Shown here piece after piece: positions 16,670 to 27,287 of a stretch of DNA of 64,000 bases. Source of the DNA: Thermoanaerobaculia bacterium (lineage in GTDB: Bacteria > Acidobacteriota > Thermoanaerobaculia > UBA5066 > DATFVB01); NCBI GenBank assembly GCA_035260525.1, contig DATFVB010000073.1, forward strand, positions 1,637-65,636, read 5' to 3'. Position 1 is the stretch's first letter. Each line of letters opens with the position of its first letter. The position numbers were made by a program, and so were the translations under genes. The notes beneath the pieces are model-generated. The model made no database searches and was not told the origin of the DNA. It saw only the letters and a program-made list of their open reading frames with translations.

Positions 16670-19600
16670 GTGAAGCGCATGAACCGGCGGAGGATCGCTC
16701 TTCTCACCCTCGCGGTCGGCGTTGCCGCCGGCGCAACGCGGGCGGTCCGCGCCGCCGAGGAGCCGCCGCGCAACGAGTCGGTGACGCCCGCTCCGATGTC
16801 GAAGGAGGAGCGCGAATGGGCGACGGAGATCGTCGCGCCGCTCCTCACGGCCGACGAGAAGAAGCTCTATCTCGGTCTGGCGAGTCCCGCCGAACGGACG
16901 TCCTTCCGCGACGAGTTCTGGGCCATCCGCGAACGGGACGGGTTGCGTCCGCCGTTCGGCCCCGGATTCAAGAATCTGTACACGGAGCGCCTCGAGGCCG
17001 CAAACGAGAAATACGGCGGCTGGAAAACCGACGCCGGGCGAATCGTCCTCGCGCTGGGAGCGCCCGCCGACGTCTACACCCTGGATTGCCCGAACGACTT
17101 CCGACCGATCGAGATCTGGACGATGGAGCCCGCCACGAGGATGGGCACTCCGGAAAAACTCGTCTTCTACCGCGACTTCGAGAGCGGCCCGCTGAAGCTC
17201 TGGTCCCCGATCCTGGGACCGGACGTCCTGCTGAGCCCGACCATCAGCCACCAGACTCCGGACGCGGCGTCCGGGAGGCGTGAGCTCGAGAGCCTCTACG
17301 GCGCACGCTGCGGGCCGCAGGCGACGATGGTGACCTGCAAGGATGAATGCAACGTCCTGTGGCCGGTCCTGATTTCGATGGAAGACCGCGGCGACCTCGG
17401 CGAGGCGCTCCGCGTCGAGAAGCTCGCCGTGTTCCCTCCGCCCCCGGAAGGAGACTGGAGCCGATGGCGCTCGCGGTTCGTCGGCTCTCCGGCGCCCACT
17501 GCCGTCCCGGCCGCCCGGGCGGAGCCCCCCGCCCCCGCCTCGCGGAAGCTCTCCCGGGCCGACCGGAAACAGCTCGAGTCGAAGCTCCCCGAGCGGTATC
17601 GGGAATGGCTCGACGATGTGAGCCTCATCATCACCGAACGGGAGCGGGACGTCTTCCTCCAGGTCGGCGACGACGTGGAGCGGGACAAGTTCATCGAGGA
17701 GTTCTGGCGGCGGCGGTCGGTCGACAAGGACGGCATCCGGACGAATTTTCGCGAAGTGTTCCGCGCGCGGGTCGAGTACGCCAAGGAGCACTTCAAGAAC
17801 CTGGGATCCGATGCCGCGAAGGTCTACATCCTGAACGGGCCTCCCGATGCCCTGATTCCGGTCAACTGCCCGGAGGTCTTCGTTCCGATCCAGATCTGGT
17901 ACTACGAGCGGCTCGAGGCGCTGAAGAACAAGGTCTACCTGGTCTTCTACAAGGCGTACGGGATGGGCGACTGGAAGCTCTGGCTGCCGATCGACGGCAT
18001 ACAGAAGCTCGGGCTGAACTCGATCGCCGTGGACATGCGCGAGGCGGAACAGAGCTGCTTCGACGCGCAGAATCTGCAGGAGGCGATCTCGTATACGACG
18101 ACCATCCTCGGCCCCGGCATATCGGGCATGGCCGAGGCGGAGAAGATGTTCGCCCGGCCGCCCGTCGAGACGGAGGGGATCGACCGCTTCCTCGGGCTCA
18201 CGACGCAGGTCTCCGCCGCCGCCGCGCCCCTCCCGATCGAGAAGAGCGTGATCTTTCCCGAAGAGCGCGACAGCAAGATCGCATGCGACGTGTCGCTCCT
18301 CCTTCCGCGGAAGGACCTCGCCCTGAGAGACCTGGGCGACCAGAAATTCTACGACGTCGACGTCGTGGGCGAGATCGTGCAGAACGACCGGATGCTCGAC
18401 AATTTCAAGTACCGGTTCGACATCCCGGTCGACGAGGTCTCGGGCGACCAGCTGCCGCTGACGCTGCGCCGCTATCTGTATCCGGGCGACTACGAGATCC
18501 GGGTGAAGGCCGCCGATGCGAACCGGAAGGCGGAAGGACGCTTCGCCGAAGCCCTCCGGGTCCCCGAGCAGCCTCAGGCGCCGCCGCCGGTCCTCGCCGC
18601 GGCCGCGGCCGCCCGCAAGAGCGAGGCACCCCCGGCCGACTTCCGCCCGTCGTCGATCTCCATCCTCCCTCCCGTCCGCGAAATCCTCACGGGTCTCCAG
18701 CGGTTCGAGACGAAAGCCGCCGAAGGGATCGTGGCCGTCGACTTCTACCTCGACGGCACGAAGATGCTGACCCGCACGAAGGGGCCGTTTCAGGCCGACC
18801 TCAACCTCGGGCCGCTCCCGCGGCGGCACGAGATCCGCGTCGTCGCCTACGACGCGGGCGGACGTTCCGTCGGCGAGGACGAGCTCCACGTCAACGAGGG
18901 AAGCGAGTCCTTCCGCGTGAAGATTCTCTCTCCGCGGCGAGGCACCAACGCTTCCGGGCCGACGGCGGTCGTCGCCGACGCGACCGCGCCCGAGGGACGC
19001 TCGATCGCGAAGATGGAGTTCTATTCGAACGAGACGAAGGTCGCGACCCTCTACCAGCCGCCGTGGCAGCAGGTGGTCCCGTTCCGGAAGAGCGGATCGC
19101 TCGGTTACGTGCGCGTCGTCGGCACGCTCGACGACGGCCTCGTGGCGGAGGACGTCCGCTACGTCAACGCGCCGCCGTACATCAGCGAGGTCAACGTCGA
19201 CGCCGTCGAGCTCTACACGACGGTCACCCAGGGGAACCGTCCGGTGGACGGCCTGACCCAGGCGAACTTCCAGATCTTCGAGGACGGGAAACCCCAGACC
19301 GTCGCTCAGTTCGAGCACGTGACGAACCTGCCGCTGACCGTCGGCGTCGCGATCGACACCTCGGCCTCGATGATCGAGAACCTTCCGGACGCCGAGAAAG
19401 CCGCCCTCGAGTTCATCGATCAGACGATCGGCGAGAAGGATCGCGGCTTCACGATGTCGTTCGACGATTCGCCCTACACGCTCTGCCGCCTCACGGGAAA
19501 CCGGGAGCGGCTGGACCGCTCCTTCGCCGGCCTCCGCGCGGAGGGATCGACCGCGCTCTACGACGCGATCGTGTACGCGCTCTACCAGTTCTCGGGCGTG

Positions 19601-19978
19601 AAGGGGAAGAAAGCCCTCGTCGTCCTCACCGACGGGAAAGACACGACCTCGAAGTACGACTTCGACACCCTCCTCGACTACGTGAAAAAGGCGGGCGTGG
19701 CGGTCTACGGGATCGGTTTGAACGTCTCGAAGGCCGAGCTCGAGGTCAAATCGAAGCTCAACCGCCTCGCCGAGGCTTCCGGCGGGACGACGTTCTACGT
19801 CGACAGCACGAAGAGTCTCAAGAGCGTCTACCAGCAGATCAACAACGAGCTGCGGACCCAGTATCTCCTGACCTACTACTCCACCAATCCGAACCCCGAC
19901 AACAAGTGGCGAAAGGTGGACGTGAAGGTCACGCCGAAGAATCTCACCGCGCGCACCATTTCGGGTTATTACAGCTAG
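16670..19978 (+). CDS. Large secreted GWxTD-domain protein with C-terminal von Willebrand factor A domain (Acidobacteria-type)
   Basis: Signal peptide. KYGGWKTDAGRIVLALGAPAD is the GWxTD motif, with a second degenerate copy. C-terminal VWA with MIDAS DTSASM and LTDGKDT. An alternative ATG lies at 16679. Confidence 0.85.
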   Translation: MKRMNRRRIALLTLAVGVAAGATRAVRAAEEPPRNESVTPAPMSKEEREWATEIVAPLLTADEKKLYLGLASPAERTSFRDEFWAIRERDGLRPPFGPGFKNLYTERLEAANEKYGGWKTDAGRIVLALGAPADVYTLDCPNDFRPIEIWTMEPATRMGTPEKLVFYRDFESGPLKLWSPILGPDVLLSPTISHQTPDAASGRRELESLYGARCGPQATMVTCKDECNVLWPVLISMEDRGDLGEALRVEKLAVFPPPPEGDWSRWRSRFVGSPAPTAVPAARAEPPAPASRKLSRADRKQLESKLPERYREWLDDVSLIITERERDVFLQVGDDVERDKFIEEFWRRRSVDKDGIRTNFREVFRARVEYAKEHFKNLGSDAAKVYILNGPPDALIPVNCPEVFVPIQIWYYERLEALKNKVYLVFYKAYGMGDWKLWLPIDGIQKLGLNSIAVDMREAEQSCFDAQNLQEAISYTTTILGPGISGMAEAEKMFARPPVETEGIDRFLGLTTQVSAAAAPLPIEKSVIFPEERDSKIACDVSLLLPRKDLALRDLGDQKFYDVDVVGEIVQNDRMLDNFKYRFDIPVDEVSGDQLPLTLRRYLYPGDYEIRVKAADANRKAEGRFAEALRVPEQPQAPPPVLAAAAAARKSEAPPADFRPSSISILPPVREILTGLQRFETKAAEGIVAVDFYLDGTKMLTRTKGPFQADLNLGPLPRRHEIRVVAYDAGGRSVGEDELHVNEGSESFRVKILSPRRGTNASGPTAVVADATAPEGRSIAKMEFYSNETKVATLYQPPWQQVVPFRKSGSLGYVRVVGTLDDGLVAEDVRYVNAPPYISEVNVDAVELYTTVTQGNRPVDGLTQANFQIFEDGKPQTVAQFEHVTNLPLTVGVAIDTSASMIENLPDAEKAALEFIDQTIGEKDRGFTMSFDDSPYTLCRLTGNRERLDRSFAGLRAEGSTALYDAIVYALYQFSGVKGKKALVVLTDGKDTTSKYDFDTLLDYVKKAGVAVYGIGLNVSKAELEVKSKLNRLAEASGGTTFYVDSTKSLKSVYQQINNELRTQYLLTYYSTNPNPDNKWRKVDVKVTPKNLTARTISGYYS

Positions 19979-20194
19979 AAGGCCGCCGTTGGAAGCGGCA
20001 GTCGCCGAGTTGAAGCGGACGCTCCGCGCCGCTTAACTCGGCGCCCAGGAATCTCACCGCGCGCACCATTTCGGGTTATTACAGCTAGAAGGCCGCCGTT
20101 GGAAGTGGCAGTCGCCGAGTTGAAGTGCTCCGCGCCGCTTAACTCGGCGACGAAGAATCCCATCGCCAGGACCATATCGGGGTACTACTCCTAA
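19940..20194. repeat. Tandem direct repeat: about 2.4 copies of a 109-bp unit containing the gene's 3' end and a hairpin
   Basis: Unit is gaatctcaccgcgcgcaccatttcgggttattacagctagaaggccgccgttggaagcggcagtcgccgagttgaagcggacgctccgcgccgcttaactcggcg. Copy 2 (20049-20152) carries a 4-bp deletion. Copy 3 (20152-20194) is diverged and ends in TAA. Confidence 0.85.
20028..20044 (+). terminator. Hairpin cgccgagttgaagcgg/ccgcttaactcggcg downstream of the GWxTD gene; no T-tract, and duplicated in the tandem repeat
   Basis: 15-bp near-perfect inverted repeat spanning 19999-20044, beginning 21 nt after the TAG stop. Confidence 0.35.
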
Positions 20195-20361
20195 CGTCGA
20201 AGGGGCGGGTTCCGGGTCTCGCGCCGCGACCGCCGGGAGGAGACTCAACTCAGCGGGTCGCGAGTCGACGAGTCGCGAAGCGGAAGGGGAACGACGCCGC
20301 CGACGGCAGATCCTTCGCTTCGCTCAGGATGACCGATGCCCTCGGCAGGAATTCGGGCCTT

Positions 20362-20505
20362 CGCATCGCGGAGAGCTTTCGCCGAAGGGTATCCAGCGCG
20401 GAGCCGAAGGCTCAGCCGCGAAGCGGCCGGCGCGCACTCCGCCGCGCGCGTCGATCGCCACGCACGCGAGTGCGCGAGCCACCGAGGCGAAAGCTCCGCG
20501 ATGCG
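20362..20505. repeat. Nested palindromic element: outer 20-bp stem, inner 8-bp stem and a small hairpin
   Basis: Outer stem cgcatcgcggagagctttcgcc (20362-20383) pairs with ggcgaaagctccgcgatgcg (20486-20505). Inner stem gcgcactc (20432-20439) pairs with gagtgcgc (20468-20475). Small hairpin gccgcgaagcggc at 20415-20427. Confidence 0.5.
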
Positions 20506-20658
20506 GGAGCGGGAGCGAGGGCGTTGCGGGGTGACGGCGGGCGCGGTCGAGCCGCTCGTTCCGCGAGCCGCGCGGCCGTCACGCGCCCCCGGTCCCCGAG
20601 CCAGCTCCCGCGCCGGGCACGCGCCCGGCCGGCTCGATGCATCGCCGCGTCTGCTCCC

Positions 20659-21567
20659 TCAGACCTCCGGGTTGACGATGCGTGAGAGAAACCCGTCGTC
20701 CTCGCGCCAGTCCTCGCGGGTGCGGACCCGGAGGTCGAGGAAGAACTTCCCCCCGAAGCGCTCCTCGCAGAGCGCCCGGGCGCGCGAGCCGATCTCGCGG
20801 ATCATGGCGCCCCCCTTTCCGACGAGAATCCCCTTCTGTCCCTCGCGCTCGACGTAGAGCGTCGCTTCGACGACGGTCAGGTCCTTTTCCTCGTCCCGGC
20901 GGAGCTCGTCGACGACGACCGCGAGCGAGAAGGGCACCTCTTCGCGCGTGAGCTCGAGCGCGGGCTCGCGAATCTGCTCGGCGATCTTCTCGGCGAGCCC
21001 TCCGGGCGCCGTCTCGCCCGCGGGAAAGAGCGGCGGCCCCTCGGGCAGGAGCCGGCCGAGCTCGTCGAGGAGCGCCTCGACTCCGTCGCCCGTGATCGCG
21101 GAGACGGGCACGAGCGCGGCGAAATCCCCCAGGCCGGAGAGCTCCTGGAGCTGCGGAAGGAGGGCGGGCTTGGCGAGCCGGTCCACCTTGTTGAGGGCGA
21201 GGACCGCCGGAACGCCCCGCGCGCGGAGCATGTCGGCGATCCGCCGGTCCCCGGGTCCGCGGCGCGCCGAGGCGTCGACGACCCACAGCACGGCGTCGCA
21301 CCCCTCGAGCGCGTCGACGGCGTCGCGGACCATCGCCGCGTTCATGCGGTGCTCGGGCCGGTGGATCCCGGGCGTGTCGACGAGCACCGCCTGGAAGCCG
21401 GGGCGGTGGACGACGCCGATCCAGCGCCGCCGCGTCGTCTGCGGTTTGTCCGAGACGATCGCGACCTTCTCTCCGACGAGGCGGTTGACGAGCGTCGACT
21501 TGCCCGCGTTCGGACGGCCGACGACCGCGACCGTCCCGGAGCGGAACGGGGCGGCCTCCCCGCTCAC
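20659..21567 (-). CDS. era: GTPase Era
   Basis: GTG start at 21567 (GTGA overlap with the upstream stop). FRSGTVAVVGRPNAGKST P-loop, DTPG, NKVD and a KH domain. Confidence 0.9.
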   Translation of the reverse strand: MSGEAAPFRSGTVAVVGRPNAGKSTLVNRLVGEKVAIVSDKPQTTRRRWIGVVHRPGFQAVLVDTPGIHRPEHRMNAAMVRDAVDALEGCDAVLWVVDASARRGPGDRRIADMLRARGVPAVLALNKVDRLAKPALLPQLQELSGLGDFAALVPVSAITGDGVEALLDELGRLLPEGPPLFPAGETAPGGLAEKIAEQIREPALELTREEVPFSLAVVVDELRRDEEKDLTVVEATLYVEREGQKGILVGKGGAMIREIGSRARALCEERFGGKFFLDLRVRTREDWREDDGFLSRIVNPEV

Positions 21568-22862
21568 CGGCGCCCGCTTCGCGCCGTCTCGCCGGGTTCG
21601 CCCGCGGGGGACGCCGGCGGACCGGCGCTCTCTTCCTCTCCTTCCGCAGTCGGCGCGACCGCCTCGACCCGGACGCGGAGCACCCGGCGGCGATCCCCTT
21701 CCTCCACGGTGAACCGCAGGCCGTCCTCCTCCCGCGTCTCGCCGACCCGCGGGACTCTTCCGAGGCGAGCCGTCAGGTAGCCGCCGAGCGTGTCGTACTC
21801 CTCCTCCTTCGGGCCGTGGCCGAAGACCTCCTCCAGGACGTCCACGTGCGCCCGGCCCGAGATCGAGTACGCCCCGTCGGCGAGCTTCAGGACGGAGTCG
21901 CGCTCGTCCTCGTGCTCGTCGGAGATCTCCCCGACGATCTCCTCGAGGAGGTCCTCGATCGTCACGAGGCCGGAGACGCTTCCGTACTCGTCCACGACGA
22001 TCGCCATCGCGAGGCGGCGGCGCTGGAATTCCCGGAGGAGCTCGGCCGTCTTCTTCGTCTCCGGGACGAACGCCACCGGGCGCGCGACCTCCGCCAGTCG
22101 GGTGCGGCCGCCGCGCCGGACCGCCTCGAAGACGTCCTTCACGTGCGCGATCCCGACGATCTGGTCGACGGTCCCGCGGTAGATCGGCAGACGCGAGTAC
22201 TTCGTGTCGATGAAGAGGTCCGCGACGCGGTCGAGCGGCGACGCTTCGTCGACCGCCGCGATGTCGGTGCGCGGCGTCATGACTTCCTTCACCATCGTGT
22301 CCCCGAAGTCCACGATCGACATCAGGAGCTTCTCCTCGTCGCGCTCGAGGATTCCCTCCTCGCGGCCCACGTCGATGTACGCCTGGATGTCCTCCTCGGA
22401 AGCCGGGCCCTCGCCGTCCGCGGCACGACGGCGAAAGAGGACGCGAATCGGCCAGGCGATCGGCGCGATCAGCCACGAGAGCGCCGAGAGGATCGGGTCG
22501 AGGCGCGTCAGCAGCGTCTCGGCGGAGGCCGCCGCCACGATCCGGAGAAGGAGAGCTTCGGCCGCGAGCCAGCCGACGAAGAAGACCGCCGCGCCCCAGA
22601 TGTACGGGGCCGGAACGGCGAGCGCGGCCAGCCCGCGGATGAGGGCCCAGAACCCGGCGAGGAGCAGGATCTGGATGACGACGCGCAGGGAGACCTTCAT
22701 CGCCGCGGCCTGCCCCTTGCCCGACAGCATCCGCAGCTTCTTCGGCTCCTCCTCGACGAGGCTGCGGAGCTTGATCGGCGAGAGCCGCTCGAGCGACTGG
22801 GCGAAGAGCTCCAGCGTGAGGAACAGCAGGAAGCAGAGGGCGGCGAGCGCGAGCGCGATCAT
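21564..22862 (-). CDS. corC: CNNM/CorC-family protein (DUF21 TM domain, CBS pair, CorC_HlyC); TlyC-like
   Basis: Four N-terminal TM helices, CBS pair (VMTPRTDI... / LAMAIVVDEYGSVSGLVTIEDLLEEIVGEI) and a C-terminal transporter-associated domain. Confidence 0.85.
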   Translation of the reverse strand: MIALALAALCFLLFLTLELFAQSLERLSPIKLRSLVEEEPKKLRMLSGKGQAAAMKVSLRVVIQILLLAGFWALIRGLAALAVPAPYIWGAAVFFVGWLAAEALLLRIVAAASAETLLTRLDPILSALSWLIAPIAWPIRVLFRRRAADGEGPASEEDIQAYIDVGREEGILERDEEKLLMSIVDFGDTMVKEVMTPRTDIAAVDEASPLDRVADLFIDTKYSRLPIYRGTVDQIVGIAHVKDVFEAVRRGGRTRLAEVARPVAFVPETKKTAELLREFQRRRLAMAIVVDEYGSVSGLVTIEDLLEEIVGEISDEHEDERDSVLKLADGAYSISGRAHVDVLEEVFGHGPKEEEYDTLGGYLTARLGRVPRVGETREEDGLRFTVEEGDRRRVLRVRVEAVAPTAEGEEESAGPPASPAGEPGETARSGRR

Positions 22863-23275
22863 GCCGGGATCGACAGCCGCCGCCGCAGCTTCGCCTCCAG
22901 GGCGTTCATCTCGCCGTGGTCCGTCTCGTGGTCGTATCCGAGCAGATGCAGGAGTCCGTGGAGGAGGAGCCTCTCGATCGCCGCGCGAAGAGGCACCCCG
23001 GATGCACGAGCCTGGCGCCGCGCCTCGGGGGCGGAGACGACCAGGTCGCCCAGGAACCCGTCCGCCGTTCCCGACGGAAACGAGAGCACGTCCGTCGTCC
23101 GGTCCTTTCCGCGGTAGCGGCGGTTCAGCCCGCGCATCCGGCCGTCGCCGCAGATCACGACGGAGATCTCCTCGGCCGTCCCGCCGGCGAGCGCGAGCGC
23201 GCGGTTGAGGAAACGCCGCGCCGCCGCGGACGGACATCCCGGCGCCCGGACGGTCGCCCGGAAATCCACGGTCAT
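22859..23275 (-). CDS. ybeY: rRNA maturation endoribonuclease YbeY
   Basis: HGLLHLLGYDH metal-binding motif. ATGA overlap with corC. Confidence 0.9.
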   Translation of the reverse strand: MTVDFRATVRAPGCPSAAARRFLNRALALAGGTAEEISVVICGDGRMRGLNRRYRGKDRTTDVLSFPSGTADGFLGDLVVSAPEARRQARASGVPLRAAIERLLLHGLLHLLGYDHETDHGEMNALEAKLRRRLSIPA

Positions 23276-25575
23276 TTCGCGTTCAGGCGGACGCCCCCGG
23301 TCGAGCGCCGCGGCCGCCCCACCTCCCCCGCCTCCCGGTTGAAGTCGAAGCCCGGGTAGTCGATGCGGTGGTGGAACATCGTCGTGACCGTCCGGACCAG
23401 CGCGTCGTTGATCGCGGACAGGTCGCGAATCGTCAGGTCGCACTCGTCGAACTGCCCGTCGCGCAGGCAGTCGTTCGAGATCGCCCGGACCATCGCCGCA
23501 ATCTTGGCCGGGGTCGGCTCCGCGATCGTGCGCGACGCCGCCTCCACGGCGTCGGCGATCATCAGGATCCCGTTCACGCGGTTCGAGGGCTTCGGCCCGG
23601 GATAGCGGTAATCCGACTCGAGGACCGACGGCGAGCCCGGCTCCACCTTCGACAGGGCTTTCTGGTAGAAGTACCGGATCAGCTTCGTCCCGTGGTGCTC
23701 CCGGATGCCGGAGAGGATCGGGCCCGGCAGGCGAGACTTGCGGGCGAGCTCGGCTCCTTCCTTCACGTGCGACGCGATGATCAGCGCGCTCATCGAAGGC
23801 TCGAGCCTGTCGTGCCGGTTGAAGCCGCGCGGCTGGTTCTCGATGAAATAATCGGGCATCCGCGTTTTCCCGATGTCGTGGTAGTACGCGCAGACCCGGG
23901 CCAGCAGCGGGTTCTCCCCGATCGCCTCCGAGGCCGCTTCCGCGAGATGTCCCACCGTCAGCGAGTGCTGGTAGGTTCCCGGCGCTTCGAACGCGAGCGT
24001 CCGGAGGAGCGGAAGGTTCTGGTTGGACAGCTCGAGCAGACGGATGTCGGTCGTGACGTGGAAGAGATTCTCGAAGACGGGGAGCAGGAACGCGACGAGG
24101 CCGGCGACGAAGAGCCCGCCGACGACGGCCGCCGCGGAATCCGCCCAGAGGCTGTTCGCGTCCGCGGCGAGCGCGTGGCCGATCCCGACGGCCGCGACGT
24201 TGGCCGCGGCCACGATCCCGCCCAGGGCGAAGAGGACGCTCCGCGACCCGAGCCGCTTCATCCCGTAGATCCCCGCGAGCGAGCCGGCGAGGGCGTAGAG
24301 CGCGAAGGGGAAGTTCATCCCCATCAGCACGCCGATCGAGGCCGCCTGCACGGCGGCGAAGAGCACCGCGGGCCCCGGCCCGGCGCCGACCACGAGAACG
24401 GCGAGAATCGGCCCCGCCGCGAAAGGAATCGCGAAGGAGTCCGACGAGAGCGCGTCGGAGGAGAAGTTCGAAGCCAGCGATTGGGTGACCGCGAACGTCC
24501 CCCGGACGATGAGCGCGAAGACGATCCCGACGGCGAGCAGCGCCAGCAGCGGCGGCGACTGGCGCCGCGAGGCGGCCAGGCGCGTCTGGCTGTCGATCCA
24601 GAACACGAACACGGCGAGGAGCTGGAGAAGAAGGACGCCCACGAGCTTCGACCACGATTCCGGCCGGGAAACCGACGGGTTGACCGCCGCGAGGATCCGC
24701 GCCGAGCGGGGGCTGATGAGGTCGCCGCGCCGGACGAGCACCTCGCCGCGCGGCACCTTGATCAGGACGCTCTCCACCTGGCTCATCGCGAGCTGGCGGC
24801 GATGGATCGATTCCGCGGCGTTGTACGTGAGATTCGGGCGCATCATCGACGCGAGGAACCCCGCCACCTCGCGCGCTTCGGCCGGCGACAGCCGGACGCC
24901 GCCGAGATCGGAGGCGATCGCCGACTTCAAGTCGTTGCCGTACTCGACCGTCGAAAAGAGGTCCACGGTCGGGCGCTCCCCTCCTCCGGTCGAGTCGCGC
25001 ACGAGAACGCCGCGGTCGCGGTGCTGGAGGAGGAGCTCCTTGTTGTCCACGACCCCGGCGCGATAGAGGCGCGTCTCGGCCGAGATCAGGCGCGATTCGA
25101 GATCGGGCGAAAAGTGGACGTTCGCCATCGCGCGCAGCGCACCGTCGCCGACCGGAACGGGGAACGCGTCACGGAGCGCGGCGGCCGGCGTCTTCCCGGG
25201 CGGAAAGTCCCGCTCGATCCCCCGCGCGCTCTCGAAGATTCGGCGAATCGCCTCTTCCAGGTGCGCGGCCGACTGGACGTCGCGATCGTAGACGGGCAGC
25301 ACCCCGGCGGCCGCCTCGGTGCGCTTCCGGTCCGTCGCCTCGGGATCCGGGAGGATGAAATCGCGGGGAGCGACGAAATCGCGGTCGGCGATCGCGCCCG
25401 CCCGCAGCTTCGCCGTCCGGAACGAGATCCCGGGCGAGAACGCGGCGGTCGTGACGAGGACGTAGAGCGCCATCCAGAGCCCGACGTGGTCCCGCCAGCT
25501 CCGCGGCTCGGCGGAGGAACGTTCGGTGCGGCGGATCAGGCGGGCGAAGAAGCCCGCGGGAGGAGGGCGGTCCAC
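23272..25575 (-). CDS. 7TM-receptor HD-domain phosphohydrolase (PgpH/YqfF-like, 7TMR-HDED plus HD)
   Basis: Extracellular N-terminal domain, seven TM helices, HD motif YYHDIGK. Conserved position upstream of ybeY. Confidence 0.85.
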   Translation of the reverse strand: MDRPPPAGFFARLIRRTERSSAEPRSWRDHVGLWMALYVLVTTAAFSPGISFRTAKLRAGAIADRDFVAPRDFILPDPEATDRKRTEAAAGVLPVYDRDVQSAAHLEEAIRRIFESARGIERDFPPGKTPAAALRDAFPVPVGDGALRAMANVHFSPDLESRLISAETRLYRAGVVDNKELLLQHRDRGVLVRDSTGGGERPTVDLFSTVEYGNDLKSAIASDLGGVRLSPAEAREVAGFLASMMRPNLTYNAAESIHRRQLAMSQVESVLIKVPRGEVLVRRGDLISPRSARILAAVNPSVSRPESWSKLVGVLLLQLLAVFVFWIDSQTRLAASRRQSPPLLALLAVGIVFALIVRGTFAVTQSLASNFSSDALSSDSFAIPFAAGPILAVLVVGAGPGPAVLFAAVQAASIGVLMGMNFPFALYALAGSLAGIYGMKRLGSRSVLFALGGIVAAANVAAVGIGHALAADANSLWADSAAAVVGGLFVAGLVAFLLPVFENLFHVTTDIRLLELSNQNLPLLRTLAFEAPGTYQHSLTVGHLAEAASEAIGENPLLARVCAYYHDIGKTRMPDYFIENQPRGFNRHDRLEPSMSALIIASHVKEGAELARKSRLPGPILSGIREHHGTKLIRYFYQKALSKVEPGSPSVLESDYRYPGPKPSNRVNGILMIADAVEAASRTIAEPTPAKIAAMVRAISNDCLRDGQFDECDLTIRDLSAINDALVRTVTTMFHHRIDYPGFDFNREAGEVGRPRRSTGGVRLNAK

Positions 25576-25576
25576 G

Positions 25577-26542
<966 letters not shown>

Positions 26543-26632
26543 GGTTTGCGAGCTTTCCGAGATTCTTCTCCTCCCGCGGACTCGTCCGCCCGGTCAAAGG
26601 CTACCATCGGCGGCCCGGCCGTGCAACGCGAA

Positions 26633-26652
26633 GGGCCCGCCGAGGCGGGCCC
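26633..26652 (-). terminator. GC hairpin gggcccgc-cgag-gcgggccc downstream of the 26672-27259 gene; weak U-tract
   Basis: Perfect 8-bp GC stem 20 nt after the stop codon. The flanking T content is poor, so an intrinsic terminator is only tentative. Confidence 0.3.
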
Positions 26653-26671
26653 TTCCGAGGCGGCAAGCGCT

Positions 26672-27259
26672 TTATTTCGAGAGTGATGCGAGGAAATGGC
26701 CGATCTCGTCCCCCGCGACGTTCTCCATCCGCCGCCGGAGCGAGTCGCTCGCCTGCGCGAGCAGCTTGTGGTGGGCGGCCACCACGACCTTGCCGGAGGG
26801 ATCCTCGATCTTGAAGTCGAACACGATCGTCCCCGAGCCGGCCGCCTGGCCGATCCAGCCGCCCCAGGAGGCGGCGGCCGACGGCGGGCGGAACTCGGTG
26901 ACCTGCCCGCGCAGCGAGTAGGAACCGGAGGTCTTCGAGAGCTTGATCGCGCCGCCGGAGCGATCGGCCGAGTTGTCGACGATCGACGACTGGATGAAGT
27001 CGGGGAGCTCCTTCCACGAGAGATCGCCTTTCTCCTTGTCCGGGCGCTCTCCCTTGAGCTCGAACGGATACACGTGGATCGTCTTGCCCGAGAGGTTGAC
27101 GCCGTCGGCCACGTACTCCTGGTCGAGGTACTTCCCCTTGTGCGTGTCGACGCCGAGGAACTCCTTGTCGGGTCCGGGGCTGTCCTTCGATTTCGCCTGG
27201 AGCGCGGCCGGGGCGGCGAGCGCCGCGACGAGAAGCGTGATCACACCCAGTTTACGCAT
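26672..27259 (-). CDS. Hypothetical secreted protein (195 aa)
   Basis: Signal peptide MRKLGVITLLVAALAAPAALQA. No recognised motif. Co-directional with, and 28 nt downstream of, the Ser/Thr kinase. Confidence 0.55.
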   Translation of the reverse strand: MRKLGVITLLVAALAAPAALQAKSKDSPGPDKEFLGVDTHKGKYLDQEYVADGVNLSGKTIHVYPFELKGERPDKEKGDLSWKELPDFIQSSIVDNSADRSGGAIKLSKTSGSYSLRGQVTEFRPPSAAASWGGWIGQAAGSGTIVFDFKIEDPSGKVVVAAHHKLLAQASDSLRRRMENVAGDEIGHFLASLSK

Positions 27260-27287
27260 GCGATTTCCTCCTTGAAAATTCGGGATG

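Noticed and set aside
20195-20360. Possible small gene in the 680-bp gap between the GWxTD gene and era
   Set aside because: No ORF there shows coding-like third-position bias. The region is dominated by palindromes and repeats.
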